Both the position numbers and the translations under genes were made by a program. Shown one piece after another: positions 11,883 through 24,620 of a stretch of DNA of 64,000 nt. Below the pieces are notes generated by a model that made no database searches, was not told the origin of the DNA, and was given only the letters and a program-made list of their open reading frames with translations. Every line of letters begins with the position of its first letter. Within the stretch, counting starts at the first letter, position 1. The stretch is from Okamejei kenojei (Eukaryota), in the NCBI GenBank assembly GCA_035221665.1, contig CM069143.1, positions 10,044,001 through 10,108,000 on the forward strand. The letters are read 5' to 3'.

Positions 11883-14142
11883 AATGTGCTCTACTAACTT
11901 AGTTACTGATACCATAGAGCAGATTTTACCAGTATTTTCAGTGCAAATTACTTAAAGGGCAGAATAAAAACAATAATGGCAAACTCTTGTTCGAATTAAG
12001 TAACATGCTGTATGCATGATGATTAATTTGTAAATATCACCAATAGCATCAAATAAATATTTATTCGTGGAAACCAAATTTCCAAGATGATAAACAAAAT
12101 TTAGTTTTTCAGAACTTCCGATTGTATAAAACATAATTTTCTTAAAAGTAAAAAGTCATCTGTAAACTGATCAAAGTTTGCTTTGGCACTATCCGGCATG
12201 AATATTCTTTCTAAACCAACCGTTACTTTGTGCTTGATGGTACAGATATACCATGAAAAGTTTCACGGAAAACTAAAAAAAAGGCTCTGGGAATGAAGTT
12301 GAATATCAATCCCTGAAAAGAACTAATGTGCTTCAGGACAAAGGAAATAAAACGAACCGAACTGAATACCAACGAAAAACCATATGTTAGCACCAAAGGC
12401 TGAAGTAAACAGTCTTCGTTTTAGAAATGAAGTGCATCCCAATGCAATTTGCACACATATAAACGTTAAGCCTAAATTTGGATTTTAGGGATTTAGAATA
12501 GCTAGCTTTTTAGATATAATAACATGTGGGACTATATGTAGCATAGGAACTATGAAAGAATATGAAAACAACGCTTAAGGACTGCACAGATGTCAAAGAC
12601 ATTACTCATTCTGTACCAATACTCAAAACTGTTTCAGCTCATGAATTAGCCATGCACAACTTTGTACTGTGAGCTGAACATGTTAGCAAGCATTCTGCAT
12701 TGGTAATTAGTACTTTAAACCACAGGAGAGTGCCTCCTTTAGAACAGTGACAGAAAATTGATCAGTTTGAATCACCATAGCAACTGGTATGCCCTTATAT
12801 TTTCTGCTATGCTGAGCATATTATGCTTTCTGAAAGTTAAGAAATGTACTTGTGAATTGTTCTGATAAACTACTCAATGCTGCAAATGGATGCCAAGTGG
12901 TGAGGGAAAGAGGTAGGGGAGAAAGGGTTGTCTTATGAACTGCCCAGCACCTGATAACAAGCTTAAGCGTTCATTGGTTGCCATGACATTTCCTTTGGAA
13001 AACAAATGATGTATGGAAACACCTTAAAATTAATACAAAGTGCATGGAGCTTTATGACAATGTGAACCTGTCACATTTATAATGGCAGACAATAAGTGAT
13101 GATTTATGAGCTGTCACTATGGTAACAAAACCTCACAGTGCTCTTTGGCAACTTTATAATAGGGTTTTTACGGACTTCTGGGGTGTTTGTTGGAGACCTT
13201 TCAGAGAGTCTTCGAGTATCTTAATCCATTCCGATTCATTTAAATCGTATGCAAACGACACATGGATTGTAAAAGAATGTTAATGAACAAGATGTATTCT
13301 GAAGTCCTTGTCATTTAATCTAACAAGTTCCTAAGATTTCACAGAATATTTCTGGAAGGCTATTTTAATATGTATTAAAATTATTAGTTTGCCTTTCCAA
13401 AAAATGTATTTGATCCATTAGTTCGTAACTTTTATATTTGGTGCATTGAAATCATAATTTGACTATCGTGGGGTTTGCTAGGTTTTGTGAAGCAGTGCTA
13501 AGATTTGGTATAATGCGCAGAATACAGTTCCCACAAAACCCTGGAGGCAGTATGTTTGTTACCAGTAAAATGTCAGAAGATGCAGTGGCCCGAAAGTAGA
13601 CATAGTCCCCATCTGTGCACTGTGAGCAGCTTGATTGTAATCTTTGACTGGACAGCATGCAAACAAAAGCCTTTCACTGTACCTCGGTACACATGGCAAT
13701 AGTAAACTTAACTAAACTTGCAGAAAATATAATGTTTGAAAAGGTTTGAAAGGTCTCTGGATACAATAAGGAATGCTGCACTTTCTGAAGGATCGAAATA
13801 TCCGGACTGATTCGAACAATAATACCAAGATGTGCCTTATGACATGGAAACTGCGGAAGCATCTATAGGAAAGCATTACATTTGAGATTTGTAGGTATTT
13901 GTATCATTGTCGACACCACCAAGTTATCTCAATGAACCGTCCCATTGAAATCTTGGGCAATGAAATCATTGGTGATGTCGCAGGGTTGATTAGCCTTGTA
14001 TGCGGATAATTAATGTGTATGTAGAACCTCACCATAAAGTTCTGGTAAATTATCCCATGTTGTATAAAACATGCCTTTCAATTACATCACAATAATGTAT
14101 ATTTCTGTAGCTTGGCAGGCGCTTCATGGAAAATGTTCAAAT

Positions 14143-14476
14143 TTTAGTTTATTTTAGTTTAGTTTATAGATACAGCACGGAAACAGGCCCTTCGGTCCAG
14201 CGAGTCGGCACCGACCAGCGATCCCTGCACATTAACACTATCCTACACACTTGAGGGACAATCTTGACACTTATACCAAGCCAATTAACCTACAAACCCA
14301 TATGTCTTTGGAATGTGGGTGGAAACCGAAGATCTTGGAGAAAACACACACGGTCACAGGGAGAACATACAAACTCCGTACGGACAACACCCGTAGTCGG
14401 GATTGAACTTTGTTCGTCTTTGGTGCTGCAAGCACTGTAAGGCAGAACCTCAACCGCTGCACCACTGTGCCGTCCC
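14143..14476 (-). mobile_element. HE1-like V-SINE
   Basis: Same architecture as 1153-1467; tail tttagttttattttagtttagttta. Confidence 0.85.
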
Positions 14477-14544
14477 ATGTTGTTATCCCCAGATAAATGT
14501 TGTTTCTGTCCCATTTTAGAGCCAATGACCAATGGCTTGGTCTA

Positions 14545-15060
14545 AGAGATAGGTGTTAAGAAGTTTCCTGAAGACGGAAAGAGAGAGAGATGGAAGTTGA
14601 AATGGAATGTGAGAGCATAGAGTCTGGACATTTGATGAACAGCAACCTTTTTGGGGTGTCAGAATTTTGAGAACAAAATATTTGGAGGATCAGAGGGCTG
14701 GAGAAAATTGCAGAAAGGGGAATTGAGGAAGCTACAAAGGGATGTGAAAAAAAGGTGAATATTTTGAAATCAAAGTGATGACTGGGGGCCAGTGTAGAAA
14801 AGTTAAGTTGGACTCAGGGAAGTTGGAAGCAGAGGCTTTCAAAGTGGAATCTGGAATGGGGAGGCTTGCCTAGAATATTTAATTATCGTAAAATCTAGGA
14901 TTATCAAGACATGTATGTGTTGCAGCTTATGAGCTGATGTAGGGTGATGTTGGCCAATATTGCAAATATAGACAGTCTTCCTAATGGGGATAGACATGTC
15001 AGAAGCTAAAGTAAGGGTCAAATGCATTGAGGTTGGGAATAATCTGGTTAAGTTTTGGAC
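14545..15060 (-). mobile_element. Ancient L2-like LINE remnant
   Basis: Purine-rich plus strand with gaatattttgaaat...gggggccagtg, i.e. eroded HW(L)P..FKI-type L2 C-terminal motif on the minus strand. Confidence 0.4.
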
Positions 15061-15554
15061 AGTTGTCCTGAGGAATCACATCTATGTAGACATTGTAGCA
15101 AAGGAAGATTTTGAAGTATCAGTGGTGATCTATCATGGGTTGTTTCCAAAAGAAAACCATGTGATTTTTCTCATGGGCTTCCAAGAGACACCAGGTTGTG
15201 TTTTGGTTCTGGTAACGATTGTGTCAAAATGTCTCATCATTTTACCTTTCATCAGAGTGCAATGAAAGGGTATTGACCTGAAAAATTGATTCTATTTCTG
15301 TCTCTATGGATGTTTCTTGACCCATTGAGCATTTCAAGTGTTTTCTGTGATTAGTTCATATTTTGTCATATTTTTGGTCTTTAATTCTAATGAACTCAAT
15401 TCCATGTACATAGTCTGGTTGTACGATTCATTAGGTTTTCTTATAGTGTCAGTATTTTTTTGCATTATTTTAATTTTGAAATATATATAACTTTTTAAAG
15501 AAATGTTGCAATATTCCCACTATTTCTAAACATTGAAGACACTCAGAAACAGTG

Positions 15555-16078
15555 TCATGGAGTCATAGTGTGATGCAGTGTGGAAACAGGCCCTTCGGCC
15601 CAACTTGCCCACACTGGGCAACATGTCTCAGCTACACTAGTCCCACTCGCCTGCGTTTGGTCCATATCCCTTCAAACCTGTCCTATTCATGTACCTGTCT
15701 AACTGATTTTTAAATGTTGGGATAATTCCTGCTTCAATGACCTCCTCTGGCAGCTTGTTCCATACACCCACTACCCTTAGTGTGAAAAAGTTACCCCTCA
15801 GATAACTATTGAATCTTTTCCCCTTCACCTTAAACCTATGTCCTCTGGTCCTTGATTCACCTACTCTGAGCAAGAGACTCTTTGCATCTACCCGATCTAT
15901 TCCTCTCATGATTTTATACACCTCAATAAGATCGCCCATCGTCCTTCTGCGCTCCAAGGAATAGAGACCCAGCCTACTCAACCTCTCCCTATACCTCAGA
16001 CCCTCCAGCCCAGGCATCATCCATGTACTGTAAATCTTCTCTGTACCCTTTCCAGCTTAACAACATCTTTCCTATAAC
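15555..16078 (-). mobile_element. CR1/HER1 LINE 3' fragment
   Basis: YRKDVVKLERVQRRFT and MMPGLEGLRYRERLSRLGLYSLERRR...RTRGHRFKV...RVVGVWNKLP across a frameshift; 3' UTR to 15555. Confidence 0.92.
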
Positions 16079-16620
16079 TCAACAACTTTCCAATAACAGA
16101 AGGAAAAACTTTGACAAAGGGGGGTGTCAGAAAGCAAGCAGGGTGTGAATCGAGTCTAGTTTCGATCATTTGTTGCCAGTTGTGGCTTGTTCTACTTTGC
16201 AAAAGGACTGCAGCAATAATGGCTGGAGCCATTGTTGGGTCAGTGCAGCTGGTGTGATTGAGGAGGGCTGAACATGACGTGCATTCGGGACCAGTGAGAA
16301 ACACCAAAATAAAATCAAGTCTTCCATGCTTGGGAATGCACCATTTCTCAAAAAGTTTTATCGAAAAACAGCAGATTGACAGATTAAGTATAGTATTTGT
16401 TTTAATGAAGATTGAAGCTCTATCTACATAGTGTAACACTGTGGCATTTTCCCAATTGTGGAAGAGGTCTTTTTGCTAATTCATTGTGAAGTGTCTGCTT
16501 CTCACACAAGTACTCCACGTGGCATGTCTGATTTAATCAGTGCTGAATTATAGACTGTTGTGTGTGGATTTGTACAAACTAGATTGCCGGTATTTCCGAC
16601 TTTAATAAAAGCATTAGAAC

Positions 16621-16759
16621 AACAATGGCATAGCTTGTAGAGCAAGCACTACCTCACAGCCCCAGAGACCTGGGTTCAATCCTGATCTCTGATGTTGGCT
16701 GTGTGGAGTTTACACCTTCTCTCTGTCACTGCATGGGTTTCTTCTGGGTGCTTTGGTGT

Positions 16760-16792
<33 letters not shown>

Positions 16793-17012
16793 ACTCCACC
16801 CCCCCCCCCCCCCCAACCCCCCCACTGTATATTGTTTCTTGTGTGTATGTGAGTGGCAAAATCTGGGTGGAATTTAATCTAGAGTTAATACTGTATTTAG
16901 CAACACACAGAGATAAATGTTAGATTAGTTTAGTATAGGATTAATGTATATGGATAGTCAGCATGGATTCAATGCCCAAAGGACCTGTTTCCATGCAGTA
17001 TTTTCAAATAAA
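16621..17012 (+). mobile_element. Old V-SINE with internal poly(C) expansion
   Basis: B box gggttcaatcc, gggtttcttctgggtgc, C-tract about 16762-16824, tail aaggacctgtttccatgc. Confidence 0.7.
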
Positions 17013-17574
17013 AAATCCATCATTTATCATTGGTCAAATAAGAGTACTTCACAATGATGTGAGATCAGCATTTCCATGAATTTAGTTTCAGGTCTGTTGT
17101 GGCAAGTACAATTTATACTTAAATATATGGGCTTCATCTTCCAATCCAATGGTCCAAACTTTTAAAATTGAATTATTGCACAAATAATTCTTAATGATTG
17201 CACAAATATTTATAATATAAACTCGAAAGAGTGAAAACTTGCTGTTTGATTAACCGGAGACAATTTTTGTTATTTGAGAAGAATTGAATCCAATACCAGA
17301 GCTGCCAACTCTCACGCACGGAGCGAGAGACTCGCGCATTTCGCCAAATTCTCACACTCTCACGCCAATCACAAATTTCTCACGTTCTGACGTGAGAAAT
17401 TCTGTGATCAACGAGAATTTCAAAACTCATATCAACTGCATGGGCCGCAGGAGTTGGAGAACCGGGGCGGAGGGAGGGATGGGAGCAGAAGCAGCGGCGG
17501 GGGCAGATGCGGACAGGGAGCCGGGGCTGGCGAGTGTTTGCTGGGCTGGCGAGTCGCTCACTGCAGCTCCGGCC

Positions 17575-17735
17575 ATGGAGCAGCCTCAGTGCAAGAGTCC
17601 CGGGCTGTCGGAGGTTTTGGAAGTGTTGCGCCGCTGCCGTGAGAGTCTCTGTGTCGAATTCGCCCTGGTGACCGGCATGGACCAGGCTGTGGCTCGGTGC
17701 ATCCTGGAGGACAACCTGTGGCTGCTGGAAGAAAG
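17575..17735 (+). pseudogene. TDP2: TDP2 (TTRAP) exon-1-like fragment, N-terminal UBA-like domain
   Basis: gccATGg start; RRCRESLCVEFALVTGMDQAVARCILEDNLWLLE resembles recalled TDP2 N-terminus RRLLCVEFASVASCDAAVAQCFLAENDWEME; CpG-rich; no downstream TDP2 exons seen. Confidence 0.75.
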
Positions 17736-17837
17736 GTACCAAGCACTGGGTAGAAGCGGTGGAAGATAGTGGCCGTTAAATGGGGTTGGTTGGAGAAAGC
17801 ATCCTGCTTGCCTACAAGACTTTCACTTACTGTAACT

Positions 17838-18181
17838 GTAGGAAAAATGTTCCTGATATTGGGTGAGTTCAGAACCAGGGGTCACACAGTTTAAGAATAA
17901 GGGGTAGGCCATTTAGGACTGAGATGAGGACAAACCTTCTTCACCCAGAGAGTTGTGCATCTGTGAAATTCTCTGCCACAGAAGGCAGTGGAGGCCAATT
18001 CACTGTATGTTTTCAAGAGAGAGTTACATTTAGCTCTTGGGGGAAGCGAAATCAAGGGATATGGGGAAAAAACAGGAAAGAGGTACTGATTTTAGATGAA
18101 CAGCCATGATCATATTGAATGGCAGTGCTGGCTCGAAGGGCCGAATGGCCTATTCCTGTACCTATTTTCTATGTTTCTATG
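17838..18181 (+). mobile_element. CR1/HER1 3' fragment nested in the TIR element
   Basis: agaaccaggggtcacacagtttaagaataagggg...gatcatattgaatggc...tttctatgtttctatg, homologous to 11560-11882. Confidence 0.85.
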
Positions 18182-18247
18182 CTTGATTATGGCAATAAAA
18201 CTGAGCCACTTGATTTTTAAGCATTCATGCATGGTGGAGGTAAATGT

Positions 18248-18472
18248 AGTCATAGACTGATACAGTGTGAAAACAGGCCCTTCTGTCCAACTTGCCCACA
18301 CCCGCCAACATGTCCCAGCTACACTACCTGCTTTTGGTCTATATCCCTCCAAATCTGTCCTATCCATGTATCAACTGTTTCTTAAATGTTGGGATAGTCC
18401 CTGCCTCAACTACCTCCTCTGGCAGCTTGTTCCATACACCCATCCGCCTTTGTGTGGAAAAAGTTACCTTAA
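18248..18472 (-). mobile_element. CR1/HER1 3' fragment nested in the TIR element
   Basis: Close match to 15555-15795 (aacaggcccttc...caacttgcccacac...tcctctggcagcttgttccatacaccca). Confidence 0.85.
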
Positions 18473-18479
18473 AAAGTTA

Positions 18480-18701
18480 GCTCTTCAAAATACTTCAAAC
18501 AAAAAACATTGAAATCATACTTCTACAATGCATTAAAACATGATTTTAATACATCAAATTTCGAAAAGTCCCTTCCCTGGGAGGGGGGGGGCAGCCCCCT
18601 CCGACACCCTACCCCCCCGGTCGCTCCACTCCCTCGCCGGGTACCTCCAAGGCCAGTGATCGCTCAGCTCCCCCACTTCCAAAAACACTCCGCGGCCCTT
18701 G
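18480..18701. mobile_element. Orphan terminus of a second hAT-like element
   Basis: G/C-run subterminal block ending tccgcggcccttg, resembling a CAGGGCC-type TIR; partner end not found. Confidence 0.4.
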
Positions 18702-19254
18702 GTTCAGACAGAGAGCACTGCCAGATGTGAGCGGGGAACTGAGGCCAGTTGTCCGTGATGTCTGGATCCCAATGCTCAGTGCTTCATGTTTCGGAGTTGG
18801 CTAATGTTATTGATTTGTAATTAGCCCGATTTGTAATTAGTTGACAAAATCTTAATTTATTAATCTGGAATATCCAGGGGGATGGGATAAGTGTAATATT
18901 AAAATGACATGCAAGGTGTCAGGCTGTCTGTCACAACATACAGCCCCGATAACCCATTATTTCCTTCAGTTAAATATTGGGAAGGTAGCACTATTGTCAT
19001 TTGCTAATCAAAACAAAGATCTTTTTATTCTTGTGTTATGAATACCATAGAAAATATTATGTACTCTCAAGATGACATTAAATAGAATAATATTGCCTAA
19101 ATATATAGTTATTGGACTTTGCATTTCGTAAAAGTCCCAGCTGAGAGGAAGACCGCAAAATACTGAAAATATTGAGGGTGAAAATGACTTCAGTACAGTT
19201 TGTTAGGGAAATGAAGGAAATTGTGACAGAATACATACACAGCTGAGTGAGTAT

Positions 19255-19435
19255 AATTTTATGGATGAGAAATTGTGTTCAACCAATTGATGACTTCTTT
19301 GACAAAGTAACTAGCATGTTAGATAACAAGGAAGCCAATGAATGTAGCAAATTTTGTTGTACAAAAGTTGGTCCGTGAAGTGCCCCATAAAAGATTACGC
19401 ATTAGATAAGCACCCGTGGACTTGAACATAATAGG
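19255..19435 (+). mobile_element. Degenerate CR1 RT fragment
   Basis: Eroded C.TNL..FFDKVT..D...VPHKRL motifs (ttctttgacaaagtaact; gtgccccataaaagatta). Confidence 0.55.
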
Positions 19436-20271
19436 TTAAGTCCAGGGGGTCAGATATGGGCTTTATGTGTGGGCCAGATATATTGTCAGTGCAGAGGGGT
19501 TCGGAGCAAGGCCAAGTGTGCATCCAGAGTCAAGGTCTGGAATAGTATTAGGTGTGCAGTCAAAGCTGGGACAATGGGAGTGTTCAGCACTGGGAACCTA
19601 AGCAGGTCAGCAGCTATGATCAGGGTAGATTAGGGGGCCAGGTGCAAGGCTGGACAGGGTCTGGAATGAGAGAAGGTATGCAACTGGAGTCAGGGTCAGC
19701 AGTAGTACCAGGTGTGCAGTGAGACCCAGATTGGTCAACATGGGCCAAGTGCTTGATTATAATCTGATTTCCATACATGAATACACTAAGATCATTCATG
19801 TGCTGCGCCTGTTCATCAGAGCCTGGCTCTACTGTGGAATGTAATTAGGAATGTAATTTAGCCTAACCTTATTCATACCTAATTCAATTTAAAGCATAAA
19901 TATTGCATTCAAGTGTAAGTTAAAAGACTCGCTACAGTATGCACCAGATTGCACAATTTCAAGCTGAAAAATGCAAAAGCTCCATACAAATGGGAGGAGG
20001 GACCCCCCATCGACCCCCCATCCACCCCCCCCCCCCTCAGTCGCTACGCTCCCTCGGGCTTGGTCTCTCGCAATTTCTCATTCCCAACTCTCACCCAATG
20101 TTGGCAGCCTTGCAATACCAAAATAAGTTTGAACACCTTTCCTGGATACTTTCCTCTAATTAAATCAAAGTTAAATAAAGAATCATTTTCCCCTCTTTAA
20201 TTCTTCAGTCGTTCCTAAAACTTTTACAAAATAAACTTTCTATTACAGAGGTTTTAGAACATGTTTAAGAT

Positions 20272-20482
20272 CTACCTCTTTGGTGACCCTTGGACTATCG
20301 TTGATTGGACTTTGCTGGCTTTACCATGCACTAAACGTTATTCCCATATCATGTAGTTATTCACAGTAAATAGCTCGATTGTACTCATGTATTGTCTTTC
20401 TGCTGACTGGATAGCACGCAACAAAAGGTTTTCATTGTATCTCGGAAACTGTACAAGTGACAACAAACTAAACTGAACTGAA
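20272..20482 (+). mobile_element. LINE 3' UTR fragment (Rex1/L2-type tail)
   Basis: gtattgtctttctgctgactggatagcacgcaacaaaag...gtgacaacaaactaaactgaactga; related tails at 13660-13718 and 32905-32997. Confidence 0.6.
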
Positions 20483-20909
20483 AGTGGTATGCAGCAATTT
20501 ATTCAGAAGAATGAGAGACTGTTGTGAAATGTATTACTTTAAAGCATTATTCCAAATCTAATAGTTATTGGTTTAGCAAATAGCCCTTTAGTTTCAATGA
20601 TTGATATAATTTTCTTTATAAATGCTCCTCTTCTCGAACACTAAATCCATTCCTTTTAATAAAATCTATTGTAGAATAGCAGAGTAAAAGAAAGCCATTG
20701 GCCAATTTTGTCTGTTCTGCATACACTGGAAGCCACTAACCATTTAATCGCACATCCCTCCATTTTCTCAATGCCCTGCATAATTTTCCTCCGTCTTCAA
20801 GATACATTCCATTACATTTTGAAGTTGAATCTGTTTCCATCAATCTTTCTGGTGTTGTATTTCGTTAACTGAATCTTCTTCAGCTGGTGACGATCGGTTA
20901 ATATAGGGT

Positions 20910-21212
20910 GGGACGGTGGCACAGCAGTGGAGTTGCTGCCTTACAGCGCTTGCAGCGCCAGAGACCCGGGTTAGATCCTGACAACGGGTGCTGTCTGTAC
21001 GGAGTTTGTATGTTCTCCCTGTGCCCGCTTGGGTTTTCTCCGAGATGTTTGGTTTCCTCCCACACTCCAAAGACGTACAGGTTTGTTGGTTAATTGGTTT
21101 GGTATATGTAAAAATTGTCCCTAATGTGTGTGTTGGACAGTGTTACTGTACCGGGATTGCATAAAGGGCCTATTTCTTTCTGCACTTTATCTCTAAACTA
21201 AATTAAAACTAA
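20910..21212 (+). mobile_element. HE1-like V-SINE
   Basis: ggtggcacagcagtggagttgctgccttacagc head, ggtttcctcccacactccaaagacg V-domain, tctctaaactaaattaaaact tail. Confidence 0.85.
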
Positions 21213-24200
21213 GATGACTGAGCTTGATGAACACCCATGGCTTTATGTGACTTCCATTGGAATGGATTTAAAGTTTAGCTCAGTGGTCACTTCATAGCAG
21301 GGGACCATGACGCAGTAACTGGAATGGCCTTTGTCACAAATGACAATGATTCAAGGAGAAAAGACCAAAGTAACCCTGGTGGAAATAGAAGCCCCCCTAC
21401 TGCAGTGAAGGCAACAAAAACCTTTTGCAAATTGGAAGTACCAGCATCGACTTGAACAGATTTTACATTATTCTGGTTTCAGTTTCATTGCAACATTTTT
21501 GATGACTATTACTAATATAGTAGCTTGAAATATGCTGTGTGCATCTCAACAGGGGGACACGGCATTGTCTGGATCATACAGTACTTCCAGAGAGCTTCTA
21601 TATGTGTGCTGACAGCATTGTCCTTTTCAGACCTAGTCCCAGCAGAGTTAATATATTCCATAATTTATAGGATTGGGTTTAAATGTGACATTTTGTCCTC
21701 ACACCCACTATGAATTTCAAGATGCATTACATGAATAAACCAAACATAGTCTATCCACAAATCAATTAAATATGGAATAAAATAGACTAAAGCAAATACA
21801 GAAAATGTTATGTCAGTGGAAAATGTTTCAAAACTTTGAGTTTTCTTAAGAAATGTTCTAACATTTGTTTTCAGAGACATATTATTTCCAAAAATCCGAA
21901 ATGCCAATGAGCTAATTTGGGGCAGAGTGATACATTTTCCCCTCAATTTCTGAAAATGAGGGGAAAATGCTTTGGGTCATTTGCTATTCCATTAAATAAT
22001 TAGAACATGGGTTATGAGACATGAACATTTCTCCCTTTGCATCTCTTTCAATTTACCCCTTCATTACATCTTTCTTTTCCACTTTCCCTCATGCTTTCAC
22101 CTGGTTTCCTTTGGAAAGTGTTTGACGATCTTTCATTCACGGCATGTAGGACTGCTTGATTTGAGGAACTCTTCTGATGAGCACTAATATAGTTTAATGA
22201 TTGTCAGGAGGTGCACTTCCTCTGCTACTTTTCTACCTCAGAATTTGCTAACTGGATTGCAGTGCTATATTCTCTGTCATCTTCAATCAACTGGGACTAC
22301 AAGGATGTCAAAATGCATCCTTTTGCTGCTAATGTTAACCTGTGATCGTGTTGAGTTAGAAAACCATTGGAATACCATTCACAGTCCAAATGATACCTTT
22401 AAGATGTTTAACAAGTAGTCATTTCATCTGTCTGCATCACCATACCAAGATTATTTCTGTTTGTTCAAATATCCAGACAGAAACCTTTTGATAACGATAC
22501 CTTGCATTTCCATTATTCAATCATTAAAGGATAGTAAAACAATGTTGCTAATTGCAGGGCAGTGAAGATTTTTACTCTGCCTCAGCTGCTAAATATGTTT
22601 ATGCAACGTGGCTTCTTTGGCAGCCAGAATGCAGTCTGCTGTGGCTTCATGTTATTACCATATAAATATGACCAGGAGTCGCTAATCACACAGTGAGAGG
22701 GCAGCAAATGCAATATAAAGAAATGCTGAAAAGTTGGTATTGAAGTCTGCATGGTTGTGAAGTACACAAAAAAAAATCACTGTTGGAAGCCTATCCTCTT
22801 TACGGGCTTTCAGGATTTATTTAATAGCCATATTCAGTCACTCGGCACAATTATTTTAAAAAGAAAATCCCAGCCGGCAACTATTGTATGTAGATTTGAA
22901 TATTAGGTATAAAATAAATGATCCTCACCAAGGCGTCTAGTTTTTCTCTCTTCAAAGCAGATTGAACAATGAAAAATCATTCCAGAACCTTGTATGTAAT
23001 TATGTTAAATGAATAAAATATGGGACCATGAGTAATTACAAAAATATGAGCTTTGGCAATTTGCAAGAACACCTGTTGTCAAAGGAACTGAATTTTAAGG
23101 CATTTTTGCTTTTTTGCTGGTTAACCTAATGATCCCAGGTTAAAAATTAATTAAACTGCATAGGACATGTTAGTCGTTTGGCTATTTTACCATATGTCTA
23201 AAAGTTATTGCTGCTTTAGCTTATGAAAATGTTGATTGGTTCTCAAAAATGATTTGCCACAATTTTAATAGTAAACAGTTACAAATGGAGAGCATTGGTA
23301 TAATCAGAATGCAGTTATTAATCCAGCCTTTCATTACCGTTCATCTGTTGCCCTAGTGAAAAGGCATCACAATGTTGATCGACCACGATGGGTTGGCATA
23401 GTCTATAACTTGTGGAGCAGCAATGACTTGGGCAGTACATTGCTTCAGTATTTCAACTCACTTTTTGAAGCTATGTACCATGCCTTAAATGGACTGTGAT
23501 ACAAATTTGACGCGTGGGAATCTGTGCGTGAAATTAGCAGAATAAGCACAGCAGCATTTTGCAGTCCATTTTGTCTCCAAATCGAGATGTGGCTGCTCAA
23601 CTCTGCTTTCATCGCCTCGCATGGATCCTTGTTCTTAATCAGCCTGCCCCTCTAAAGTGTTGTGGCCATGTTGCACTGTGCGCCCCTTTACCTTGTGCAC
23701 ATGTGCGGCACTGCATAGTGATCACTTTGTTTCTAAGGAATCTCATGGCCTGCACTGGACAGTGGTTGCCATGGAAACTCTAGGTGGAGTAGATGGCGCG
23801 ATTGAATTGAATGGCGGAGTAGACTAGATGGGCTGAATGGCCTAATTTTGCTCCTATGTATTATGGTGTGTCTTCTGGTCTTATGGCGTTGGCCTCTGCA
23901 AAATCAATGGAAAATGCTCGCTCCAAAGTGCAAGGAAATGCTTGAGGTTTCTATCACCTGCACTGAGGGAAGAGATAAAAGGAATACTGGCTCCCCTTGG
24001 GATCTTTACCACCTGACCTCACCGCCATAGTTATTCTGACAGGCTTGTACATTGACCAACTAAGTTGATATTGCCAATGAAAAATTGGACTCAAAGAAAA
24101 TAACTGATCTTTCTTTCTCCCGTACTTTCAATGGCAGAAAACTAAAAAAAAAACCTTCATGGTAAGTTTGAAAGTTGACTTCAGAGATGACAGCTTGGTC

Positions 24201-24399
24201 TTTATAGGTGAGTTGCCTTGTAGTAAAGTTTGGAAGAAAGCGGTGTACATTGTGTAATGTTTGCTGGTGAAAAGAAACTAGAATCTGTTGTACACAGCAA
24301 TTTCCCCAAACATGTAATGAAAGCGTCACTTAGTTGTGGTGATTATGGCAGCCAATGGGAGCCCTGTGAAAATACTGTAAGCAGGCTTTCTTTCATGTT

Positions 24400-24620
24400 T
24401 TCTTTTCACCCAGAGAGTTGTGAATCTATGGGAATTCTCTGCTACAGAAGGCAGTGGAGGCCAATTCACTTGATTTTTCAAGAGAGTTAGATGTACTATA
24501 GCTCTTGGGGAGGAATCAGGAACAGGGTACTGATTTTGGATGATCAGCCATTATCATATTGAATGGTGGTGCTGGTTGGAAGGGCCGAATGGTCTACTCC
24601 TGCACCTATTTTCTATCTTT
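24400..24620 (+). mobile_element. CR1/HER1 3' fragment
   Basis: ttcacccagagagttgtgaatct...gatcagccattatcatattgaatgg...ctactcctgcacctattttctat. Confidence 0.8.

Larger units (their letters stand above)
17297..20112. mobile_element. Non-autonomous TIR DNA transposon (hAT-like termini) with captured and nested cargo
   Basis: TIR cagagctgccaac / gttggcagccttg (11 of 13); TSD caatac at 17291-17296 and 20113-20118; tctcac-type motifs repeated at both subtermini. Confidence 0.75.

Noticed and set aside
16692-16877. Polyproline ORF
   Set aside because: Translation of a poly(C) tract inside an old SINE.
17284-17769. 161-aa ORF as a complete gene
   Set aside because: Begins at a non-ATG codon outside the TIR and reads through subterminal repeats; only the part from about 17575 resembles a known protein and no catalytic exons follow.
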